Assembly: GCA_030141605.1 (NCBI GenBank)
Contig: JAQGDQ010000126.1
Coordinates: 124,001 to 188,000 of the forward strand
DNA length: 64,000 nt
Source of the DNA: Tubiluchus corallicola
Taxonomy: Eukaryota > Animalia > Priapulida
Direction of reading: 5' to 3'
Shown here: piece after piece, positions 26,025 through 37,080 of the stretch
Layout of the letters: the number at the start of each line of letters is the position of its first letter
How positions within the stretch are numbered: the stretch's first letter is position 1
The notes under the pieces: generated by a model
Told to the model about the DNA's origin: nothing
Database searches by the model: none
The model's input: only the letters and a program-made list of their open reading frames with translations
Program-made: the position numbers and the translations under genes

Positions 26025-26247
26025 ACTTTTGGTTCAATAGTCGTCAAATCCAGCAGTGCTGAACCCATGAAGTCGTCCTGAAGACCACGGTCATAATCAA
26101 AAACTTTCACTTCTATTGCTTTAAAGACGTCCTCAATAGGGATGGTGAAAGATTCATTCCATTCTGGGTTAAGATCTCGATAAACCGTCTTGGTCTTGTA
26201 CACGACGCGGCGTCCAATCTTAAACTTAACATAAGGGTCACTAGTAC
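26025..26247 (-). CDS. MCTP: MCTP exon, C2A (G)TSDPYVKFKIGRRVVYKTKTVYRDLNPEWNESFTIPIEDVFKAIEVKVFDYDRGLQDDFMGSALLDLTTIEPK
   Basis: tttttgtaacag| acceptor and |gtaagt donor. Canonical C2 aspartates. Confidence 0.96.
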
Positions 26248-26516
26248 CTGTTACAAAAACAGATTAAAAATGTTCAGTGAAAAGTTAGATGAAAATTATT
26301 ATAAGCAATCTATTTGTCGGGGAATAATAATTTCTCTTGTATGAGGCATTAATAAGTGTGACTAATAAGTGAATAATTAGAAATAATATCAAGAATTATT
26401 TTCATTTTGATGGAGAATTATTTCTGTGTTAATAGCGAGTCTATATACTTCTGTGATAGTGACACCACTTTAGTGATTGTAGGTATTTTTGCAGATGTGA
26501 TACCAAATACACTTAC

Positions 26517-26628
26517 CACAGGAATCTCTGACAACAAGATCATGTCCACTATGAAGGGTAATGCCCAGATGAAAAAATGAATACTGCCTGAGAGTGGTTT
26601 CTCTTCGCTTCTTCTGCAAAACTGCTTC
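26517..26628 (-). CDS. MCTP: MCTP exon, start of C2A EAVLQKKRRETTLRQYSFFHLGITLHSGHDLVVRDSC(G)
   Basis: gttttattgcag| acceptor and |gtaagt donor. Phase 0 to 1. Confidence 0.93.
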
Positions 26629-28438
26629 CTGCAATAAAACCAAATGACACAGTGACACAAATCTAGATTCAATTGCTAAGAGAAGCAACTCATGCAGTCA
26701 ACTCAAGGCTGCAAGTACTGTAAGTTTGGCTTTGCAAGACTGACCAATTCGTTAATGTCTTAGCTACCACCTTGGACTTTGACCATCGTCATCAGTGTCA
26801 CCTGTATTCATATCAATGTTAGGTTATTTTCAAATTGAAGACGTCACATGAGTCGTTATCACCAACATCAGTGCTATCTGTATCAATATTGGCTTAGTTT
26901 CAAACTGATGATGTCATGCAGGTAGGACACCCTTGGGCTTCTTTAGTACACTACTCAGTTACTTCAGATGAATGCTGTTTGAACTGTGCTAAATGGAGAA
27001 TTTTACTGTAGGGAATAATAATGATTAGAAAAAACTCTTATTATTTAGCCAGTCTTGGACAATTTTGTCAGTTTACCCAAAATTCAATCAACATACCGAT
27101 ATCGGTTACAATGCGCTTTTCCACAATAGTAACTCATTCAAGACAGCCATTATGTTTTCAAAAAGAAAACAAGAAGGACGTCTGGTTAGTGGTAATACAA
27201 GCAAAACCAAAATTAAGACAGGGACAGTTGTCATCTTTTTGCAAACCAAATCAATTTCATCAGAGTATTTAAACTAAAATAATAAGCTACTTTAAACTAA
27301 ATAAACTAACTTAAACATAAAATATTAAAAGTAAAAATAGAATAGGACAATTTTCTGTACAAACATTTTCGTATCCATTTTTAACAGCAAACAATCACTG
27401 TTTTGCAAAAGACTTGTCTCACCTAGAAACATGCAAAAAATCAAGCACTATTTGATGACTATTTCGTCACACCATATCATAGTGAAAGGTTAATAAAGAC
27501 TAAGACACGCATACTTAGCACAGAAAACAAAACAAGACTTGTGCTTCTCAAATGTGATCTTTCACACAATGAATCACTAATAAGTAATAAGGCGCAACTG
27601 TCTGGTTCGCTAACGAGACATGAAATGATGTACACGTTTGCTTCAGGAGAATCCCTAGTGAGAGAAAAAATAAGGAAGTACACAATAATGCGCTGTTAAC
27701 TAATAAAAAATTGAGTTTTAGTTTGCCTTGAAAACACCCACAGCTTCAAATTAAGCATACTATTACTAAACAAGATACCACATATCACATGTTCTCAAAA
27801 CTACACAACATTCTGGCATTATGGAACTCCGTTCAAGTACAAATAACTTCAATTATTTCCAGAAATACAAATAGCTTCTATTAAGAATGTAAGGCTTTTG
27901 ATAAAGTTATAAGTTTTATTCAAAAACATTAATGTTGTTGAAGGGAAAGGCTCAAACCGGATTCATACATATATTTAGAAATAGGTATAGCAGGTTAAAT
28001 TGTTTGTACGGAATATTTCCATTCCTGTTAAATGTGGGGTAAGACAAGGAGGAAAATTATCGTCAGTTATTGTTTATTATTATTATATGTCACTATTGAT
28101 TTTGGTGCATTATACTTTTTCGTATCAATATCAATACATTCCTAGAACGGTTAGCTCAAATCGCTCTGTTACACCAAGGAGTCTCAGAAGCTTAGAAATG
28201 TGTCATTAGCAACTGTTGCTTCTCTGCTGCATCAAAGCCGGTTTTAATTGGCTTCACTTGGAAATCGCTTAACTTGTTAAGTCACGTGTGCATGAGTCGG
28301 TCAAAAGGTTATTTAACAGCACATGCACAAAAGCTATACATTATGTATGTATGTATGTATGTATGTAGGTACGTACGTATGTATGTATTTATGTACATAC
28401 CTACGTATAATCAACAATACGTACGTATATGTGTATGC

Positions 28439-28483
<45 letters not shown>

Positions 28484-28489
28484 CATTCA

Positions 28490-28619
28490 CGCTACTGCAC
28501 TGTGTATCACCTCAAAATCTTAGAAACCTTGTTGATCATTAAATATCAACCTTTGTAAACATACAGCACACTACTAAATCAACCCCAAACTAGTGTTGTT
28601 CCAATCACGTGCTATAACA

Positions 28620-28697
<78 letters not shown>

Positions 28698-29912
28698 GAA
28701 AGAGAGAGAGAGAGAGAGAGCACGAAGAGTTAAAGGGAAGAGAGAGTGAAAGTGAAATAGAAAGAAAGTGACAGTGTTTTAATGTACATAGTGTTAACAC
28801 AAATCTCTATAAACTACAATTTATTCATCAATACGTTTTGTGTCTAAGCACATAGCACATTTCGAGTCACGTTTTAGAATCATACATAGTACTAGCACTG
28901 TGTATCACCTCAAAATCTTAGAAACCTTGCTGATTATTAAATATCAACATTTATAAACCTTTATACAGCATACTGCCAAATCAACCCCAAACTAGTGTTG
29001 TTCAAATCACATGCTATTTATATATGCATGTGCACGTTTACATATATATATACGTGTACATTATACATGCACACTACTAAATCAACACCAAACTAGTGTT
29101 GTTCCAATCACGTGCTATTATATAGCACTATTACATATATATATATATATACATACAGAAAGAGTTAAATGGAAGAGAGAGTGAAAGTGAAACAGAAAGA
29201 AAGTGACACTGTGTTTTAATGTAAATAGTGTCACCAAAAATTTCTATAAACTACAATTTATTCATCAAGACGTTTTGTGTCTAAGCACATAGCACATTTC
29301 GAGTCATGTTTTCGAATCATACATAGTACTAGCACTGTATATCACCTCAAAATCTTAGAAACCTTGCTGATTATTAAATATCAACATTTATAAACCTTTA
29401 TACAGCATACTGCCAAATCAACCCCAAACTAGTGTTGTTCAAATCACATGCTATTTATATATGCATGTGCACGTTTACATATATATACGTGTACATTATA
29501 CATGCACACTACTAAATCAACACCAAACTAGTGTTGTTCCAATCACGTGCTATTATATAGCACTATTACATATATATATATATATATACATACAGAAAGA
29601 GTTAAATGGAAGAGAGAGTGAAAGTGAAACAGAAAGAAAGTGGCACTGTGTTTTAATGTAAATAGCGTCACCAAAAATTTCTATAAACTACAATTTATTC
29701 ATCAATACGTTTTGTGTCTAAGCACATAGCACATTTCGAGTCATGTTTTCGAATCATACATAGTACTAGCACTGTATATCACCTCAAAATCTTAGAAACC
29801 TTGCTGATTATTAAATATCAACATTTATAAACATACAGCATACTGCCAAATCAACCTCCCCCCCAAACTAGTGTTGTTCAAATCACATGCTATTTATATA
29901 TGCATGTGCACA
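28490..29912. repeat. Tandem array of ~400-440-bp units (about 3.3 copies) with embedded microsatellites
   Basis: Unit start ACTGT(G/A)TATCACCTCAAAATCTTAGAAACC recurs near 28499, 28898, 29333 and 29771. Confidence 0.9.
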
Positions 29913-32506
29913 TCTTTGTTTTTATTACACTTTTGTCACTCTTAGGAGCGTACAAGCATATATCGATTTAATTAAATATTATCATCAGGAAAATATTGAT
30001 CCAAACCGATATTAAATCCCGGTAACTGATTTTCCTCAAAAGCAATACAGGTTACCGATTATTGATTATTGTTTAGTCCAAACTGTTGCAAAGATTTTAT
30101 GTCTTGCACAGCAACTTTCCAACTTCTATTCTTTCCACTTCTACTTACCAAACAATAGGGAGGTGTGTTTGAAATGGATGTTGGGTTTGAGAAAACGATT
30201 ACATAAAGACAATAAGTTGTGTCAAAATTACTGCACTTTCATCAATAATTTATTGTCTACTTCACATGCCAAACTTGTTCCACTGAACGAACTGCATACT
30301 ATTCCTGGCAAGGTGTGGTATCTGCTGCATTTTGAAGTATAACATCCTAAGAAACCAGACCAGATCTGAGTGGTTTTTAACTGCAGTGTAGTGTTTAAGG
30401 ACGTATCATTAAATAAACACCTCCTCCAAGGACCAGACTTGACGAACTTAGCTGATGTAACTATTAAGTTCAGACAGAAATCTGTTGGTTTAATGAGTGA
30501 CATTCAGCAAATGTTTTAGAGTTTTAAAGTCAGCTGTGAGTGTAGAGATTATCTCAGGTTTCTTTGGTTTAAAGACGGAGATATTAGAAAGCAGTTAGTG
30601 GATTATCGCATGACTGTGCATCCATTTGGGGCAGCCTCTTCCCCAAACTGTGCAACTTTTGGACTGCGTAAAACTGCGGAACTTGGTTTGAGCAAATATG
30701 GTGAAGATGCTGAAATGTTGTTGCTGCACAACTTCTATACTGATGATGATGAATAAGCAATTCAATGGAAGTAATGAAATCCATTGCTAAAGAAGATCGA
30801 GCAAAAGATTTACGAGACATCGATTTGTATCAAGACATATTTCCTATTCAGCAAACGTTGGGAACATTTTGGAATATTTTTCGATTTTTTAGATTTTTTT
30901 AGATTTTTTATTTATTCAACCCATTTAGCACATACAAAAATAAAAGTTATAAAATTACTGTAATGCACTGTTAATTAGTAATTTTATAACTTATATTTTT
31001 GTGTGTGCTAAATGGATGAATAAATAAAAAAATCTAAAAAATCTAAAAATGGTTTGACCTTGATACCGAATGCCGATGTTGCAGTCCAGTTAGTCAAGGA
31101 CAGTCAAGCGCTGGGTGCTGATGTTGGTGTAAGGCTGCATAAGTTCAGTAGCAATTCAATGGAAGTATTAAAATGCATTGCTAAAGAAAATCGAGCAGAA
31201 GACTTATGAGACATCGATTTGCATCAAGACATATTTCCTATTCAGCGAACGTTGGGAATATTTTGGAATATTGAAAACGACAGCTTTCAGTTTAGAATTA
31301 CTTTGAAGGATAAACTGCTTACAAGACATTTTGTCGACGATGGGATCAGTGCATGGCCCTTTGGGAATTTTAAGTCCAGTGACCCTACTTGGCAAACTAA
31401 TTTTGGGAGAAGTTTGTGCAGCAAATTTTAGATGATCTAGTACTAGACAATATTCATTCACAGTGGGAGAAGTGGTGACTGCCTTCAGCTGAACAGCTTA
31501 AGTTACCTAGAAACTTCAAACCACCACATTTTGGATCCGTCAAGAAAGTTGAAATACATTTGTTTTCTGGTGCAAGCGATACTGTTTTAGGGCAATGCAG
31601 TTACCTGTGTTTGGTTGACGAAAATGCACAAATGCATGTGTCCTTTTTAATGAGTAAGGCTGGACTTGCACCCCAGAAAGTTATATCGATCCCAAGACTC
31701 GAACTACTTGCAGCAGTCATCTCTGTTAATGTTAGCACTATGCTACAGAGTGCTACAGTATGATGTAGTACAAGTGGTATACTACAGTGGTTGCACTGGT
31801 ATAGTTCAATAGTGGTTCTTGGCTACATTAATAGTGATGGTAAACAGTTACATGTTTTCGTCCCTGTAATTGACAAAGCAAAAGAAAACAAAGCAATAGA
31901 CGAGAAATCAGACTTTGAAGCAATCTAGTTCTCAATACAAAGTACAGACCCATTTCTAGACAAAGAATGTATATTGTGCATTGCTCAGCAATGGAGTAAG
32001 AGTGGGCTGTGAAATTTTATGGGTCCGGCAGATTTATTAGTTTTTAATGCAGCAATAGCGAAAGAAACGTCGTACCCAATAACTGGCGTAAAAAAGGGAG
32101 TTCTCATTAGACATTCTAAGAAAAGAAGGAATTGTGATTAGGCATTTTAAGAAAAGAAAATAGTTTTTTGCTGGATTGCGACTCTGTTTGCCTGTCTTTA
32201 GGACAGACTTCTTTTATTTTAGAGTTCTGCCTGCCCAGTGTCTACAATAGATGTAATGGACATTATGCTGGTGATGATAATGTAGAGGTTTGTATGATGA
32301 GTTTGTAATTTAAATTTACTACAGTGAAGACATGATCATTTTTTAATGTAATTTTTAACCGATACCAAGCCGATAACGGATTATTTTTCATGAAAACACA
32401 ACCGATCCAGTACAGATTATTTATTATACTTTAAACTGGCAACTGATCATAACCAGTCATGCATTTTTTGACGATTATCAGCAACCAATTAATTGGAACA
32501 ACACTG
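29869..32506. mobile_element. Putative hAT-like non-autonomous element hosting the BEL fragment
   Basis: Left end TAGTGTTGTTC(C/A)AAT and right end ATTGGAACAACACTG. Flanks CCCCAAAC / CCCCACAC (7/8 match). ACCGAT subterminal motifs near both ends. Confidence 0.5.
30310..31985 (+). mobile_element. Decayed BEL/Pao LTR retrotransposon pol fragment (RT and RNase H)
   Basis: Motifs HPKKPDQI, LNKHLLQGPDLTN, YRMTVHPFGAASSPNCA, NFYTDD, RLHKFSSNS, RTLGIFWN and LMSKAGLAPQKVISIPRLELLAAV. Many stops and frameshifts. Confidence 0.9.
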
Positions 32507-32610
32507 CCCCACACACTCTTCATGTGCGCGTATACTTGAAACTGGCAACCGATTATAACCAATCATGCATTTTTCGACGATATCCCACACACTCTTCATG
32601 TGCGTGCAGG
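32428..32610. repeat. Short tandem duplication (~100 bp, second copy deleted)
   Basis: AAACTGGCAAC..CATGCATTTTT.GACGAT and CCCACACACTCTTCATGTGCG each occur twice. Confidence 0.75.
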
Positions 32611-32847
32611 CAATTAACCTAAGATGAATTTAATCGTGCAACCACTGTAATTTCTGTCATTAAAATTTTTGGTAATTCAAGTTAATAATTATTATGGTTG
32701 CAAAATAACGTGTTTGTTTACGTGATTTACCATTTAAAATGTGCTTAAGCACGAAACGCATCAGGGTAGGTGAAAACTAGTTGATGTAAATTGCTGTTAT
32801 CATTATTCTTAGGATGGGTTGAAATGACTAATTAAATAGCCACCTAC

Positions 32848-33084
32848 CCGTTGCTCATATGCTTGTGCAATCTCACCATGAGGTTCTGGATTTGAATCGT
32901 ATCCGGATCCAGATAATGAAACATTGTCCCAGTCAGCATGCTCATTGTTAGATGTATCACGAGTCACTTTTGGAGATGGTGTCAGCGATCTGCCTGGGGA
33001 GGCACTGTTACTGCGACTACGGCGCCGCTTACGAAATATACTGAGGATGCCCTTCTTAGGAGTCACCTGAATTTCAGTGTCCAT
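32848..33084 (-). CDS. MCTP: Probable alternative first coding exon of MCTP (MDTEIQVTPKKGILSIFRKRRRSRSNS...AYEQR)
   Basis: ATG in good context with an in-frame stop 14 codons upstream and no AG acceptor in between. 79 codons ending in phase 0 at donor |gtaggt, which fits the 26628 acceptor. Ser/Arg-rich, disordered-looking. Confidence 0.7.
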
Positions 33085-33907
33085 ATTGTCAACATCATAA
33101 CATATATAGTTTTGGATAATACATCAGCACATAGGTGATGTTTGCACTAACATCACTGGCACGACACTGTGTATGGCTTATAGATCATTCACAAGAGACA
33201 ACATAGATTCAGTCCAAATGCAGTTCCAATATAAAAGTTTTCAACGAAGCGTTTGAACTGCCTTCATCAACTTAACATCTTGAACAAGGTTTGCAGTATA
33301 TGACAGTATCATCAATGACATTTTTTTATGATTCCCGAGAATGATATAGTCAATATTAACATTTCGAAAAAATGATTGCATCACCAAGTTAATGGTCTCA
33401 CAAATGTTTGCTAAATATGACACAACTGTGGAGAACTAGCAAAACGTTTCTAATACTTTGATAGGATTTTCAGCCGAAGATGAGATATATGTTTAGCCCG
33501 GCTAGTTGTAGCTATCATAGCATATATATGCTTACAAGCTGAGAAAGCAGCTTCATCATAGTGAAATCCATAGTCAAATCCCTGGTGAGGCAAAAATCCA
33601 TAAATTATTTTCTACTCTAACAGAGCCACAGAATATATGGCAGGAATCAAACACCACAAATCTTGATAGTCTGCCGAGGACTAAATCTGGACTTGGTCTG
33701 GTTTGTGAATTCACTGCAAGCAATAGCAGCTTGTTAGGTACATATCGGACTGGCACTGCAATTCCAGAATTTTGTTATAGATGATTTACGGATTCCAAAT
33801 CAAATTACGTTGCTTATCTCATAAAACATTTTGTATGCTTTACACTGTATCTGAATTTCAATCAGGTTTAACTGTGCTGATATGCTTCCTCATTTCAGTC
33901 TGCTTAC

Positions 33908-33979
33908 CTCGCGCTCTTTCTGCATTAAGCTAGCTGCATCTACAATCTTCTCTTCATTTATTATGCTCAGAATCATTGG
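33908..33979 (-). CDS. MCTP: Probable 72-nt MCTP linker exon PMILSIINEEKIVDAASLMQKERE
   Basis: tactaatatag| acceptor and strong gag|gtaagc donor. 24 open codons, phase 0-0, bridging the 43120 donor to the 26628 acceptor. Confidence 0.6.
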
Positions 33980-34439
33980 CTATATTAGTAATACTATCAA
34001 TTCACAAACTTTATTCTCGTCTGTCACAAATTTGGACTACTAATGCGCACTACTTTTATAATACATCAACAACAATTTTATGCAATGCCCACTCTTATGG
34101 TACTTAAATATCTGGATATTTTAAATATCTTAAATTTTTATTGTAACGCTTGTAATCTGAGATTCAAGATTCCTCTCTTTATCTCCAGAAATCAACAAAT
34201 GTGACATCGAAGTTTTAATAGAAACACCTGAATGACACTAGAGAGTCCTCAGTAGAGAAGCATAGTTGCCAGGATGAGATCTACATACCAGGCTACAACT
34301 TCCAAAAACGTATTCGTACATTGACATAGATTATTTTCAGCATTGAAACGGATTATACTAAATATCTGTGAAAAAACATAGCAAGGTTTAAATTAAAATG
34401 TGGTACTGATTGTTGTTACCAATTTTAACAATTAATATT

Positions 34440-35600
34440 TGCAGATTAACTCTTATCTACAAAACATATAGCAATGAGCACACAAACTTGGAATGTGGCC
34501 TTTAACCATAATAAAACTGAAGTCATGTTATTTAACTGCTGATAACTGGAGCCAAGAACCCAATCTAGCCTGTACCTAAACAATATTTAACACCCAAACA
34601 CAGCTTATCCACAATAACCCATCATAAATACCTAGATGTTTACTTTCATTCTAATCTTAAATGGGATGCTCATGTAAATCATAATATGGAAAAAGCTAAT
34701 TCTCGTGTTGACTTACTTCAAAAAATATATTTTACAAAGGATGTACATTAGATATAGATCTAAGACGAGAGCAATTCTGGAGTACACTGACTGTGTGTGG
34801 TGCAATATAACTGCAGATTTAATCTGATTTATCTGAATTATTGGAAAAACTCAAAAAAGAGCTGCTGTTATTTGCTCCAAGGTAATGAAAGGTAGTAGCA
34901 CCTACAACTTGTTTTATGATGCAACATTTGATTTTTTGTATAAAAGACGCATGCTTCATAGAACAAAAATATTTTATAAGACTGTGAGCCGCTCAACTCC
35001 ATCATGCTTGTTTGAATTATTACCACTTGCCAACTCGGATTCATTATGTGATCTAGGAAACTTTTCATTAAATATCAAAATCATAACTATTTTAAATGTT
35101 CTTTCTTCCCTGTATCTGTGACTGAATGGGATAACTTACCTGGTAACATCAGAGCAGCCCCATCTATCAACAGTTTTTGCAAAAAATATAAACAGCATTT
35201 AAAATTTTTCTGCAGTTCAAATTTCTACATATATGGCTTTTACATACAAAACACAATGTTAAGAGTAGGCTTTTCACAACAGTCACGGATGCAGGGATGG
35301 TCCCCGCAACATCGTTGGCCCAAGTTGTGCATGTTGTTGTCATAGAGAAACTGTAAAGCATTACATGTTCGATTGCCCTTTGTATAACATTAGTACAGAG
35401 AACCCTGAAAGTACATTGTTACAATTATATCAACAAAATTTATTTCCATTAAAATATAAATAGTCTAAATACTCAGTGTAAAATTATAACGATTCTTTGT
35501 TGGCAATTCCCCACTAAATTATGACTAAAATGTCATTTTATTAACATTATACAGCATTACATAGGGTCAACCTGCTGTTTTAGCAGTGGTGACCATATGT
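34440..35600 (+). mobile_element. Decayed L2/CR1-like LINE, C-terminal RT region
   Basis: Motifs WNVAFNHNKTEVM, HKYLDV, LKWDAHVNH, ILEYTDCVW, EWDNLPGNIR and ETVKHYMFDCPLY. Confidence 0.75.
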
Positions 35601-36199
35601 GATCTAATTTTCATAGAAATTAACAATAATTTGAAATTGTACTATGAGACAAAAAAATAATTTTATTCTGTGTATGTATATTTTTAACTTAAAGCACTAC
35701 AAATTACCCAAGGTATGTTTCATTGGAGAACAACTGTGTGCCAAAGGAAGCAATAAAGTAAACATACTTTTACAAAAAAACCCTCTTCTGACAGCATACC
35801 ATAAGCATTTTTCCTTTTGTCTTTACTGCTTAAATACCCTGCAAACAGTTTGTCTACACTTACCTTTATATTCAAGGAACATGATGCCAGTCATAAACCT
35901 AGCTACCTTACGTTATTATTACATACTATGTTTTTTTATATTTTGTCATTTTCGCTCGTAGTTTATTTTTCATGCACTGAGGTTAATTAGTGACTGTGGT
36001 TTAGTGACGTTTGGTTTCTTTGTGCTGCATATTACATGTTTTATTGAATACTATGTAATATCGTAAATTTAAAAAATAATTTTTATAGTGACTTTTTGTC
36101 TCAAGGGATAATAATGGACTGAAACGTTTTTTACTTCTTCATTGTGAAACTTTATTTATCATTACAGTTCTTGTCGTTCGAATTATCTGTGTGTTATTG

Positions 36200-37080
36200 A
36201 TGTATTCTTTAACTATTAACTTATTCTATTAACGGCTTTGCGGTTTCATATCGACTGAGCCCAACGCACACGAGATACAAGGAATCCTCTATTAGCGATC
36301 AATTATTTACTGCATTAACGAACTGTCACTACCATTAGTTCATTTCATTACAACACAATCCGTGACAACAACACAGCATCAGAGACACAGACAATACAAT
36401 CCAGCATAACAAAAGAAAAGCAGGCCACACATCAGAGGCGTACTAGCATTCGTAAGTTAGTTGTCGCCCACGCAAACAAACGACATCAGCGCGAAAGTAA
36501 ATGCCCTAAAACGACAACAATTTGCCACCAAAACTAAACCCAGCCCAATTTTCGAACTGGTTATATCATCAACCGCAACGATATAGTAACAAAATCTCGA
36601 ATCTTAAATGATTCATCAAGTTCTATCATCACGATAAGTTCAAGTTGTTTTTCTGCTAATTCATGGCTTGAATTTGTTTCACCACGGCTTGCATTTTCAC
36701 ATACCAATATCCGTTATTCGTCAGTAACACAGTACAGCGCGGCTTCCCTAGTGATCGATAAGACCGGATGAGAATGATGTCACCGTCTGCGCTTCTATTC
36801 TTCTAATCGAATACATAAAACTAGGGCTTGTAAGTCAACACGAACTCTCGAGTATACACAGGTAACGTGACTCTAATGTAGTGCCCAGGTATTTTATCCA
36901 GGTAGGTAAATAATAGCCGATTTACATTGTCCACCCGAGTACAAATCGCACAATTTCTTCATGATTTAACGTTAACATACGGCGCGATCTAAAGCTCTAG
37001 CCTTTAGTTTTGTCAATAATGAGACAGCAATCGGTTATTGGCTGCAATCGATTATGATCCCACGTCATTACTGTTATATT
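36200..37080. promoter_or_regulatory. CpG-rich intronic island, candidate internal promoter/enhancer
   Basis: Roughly 40 CpGs in 0.9 kb by eye versus only a few per kb in typical intron sequence. No TE motifs recognised. Lies upstream of the 33084 start exon. Confidence 0.35.

Noticed and set aside
33241-33756. Two 60-aa minus-strand ORFs upstream of the 33084 ATG
   Set aside because: Non-ATG or weak starts, no homology recognised and no splice support. At most UTR or intron.
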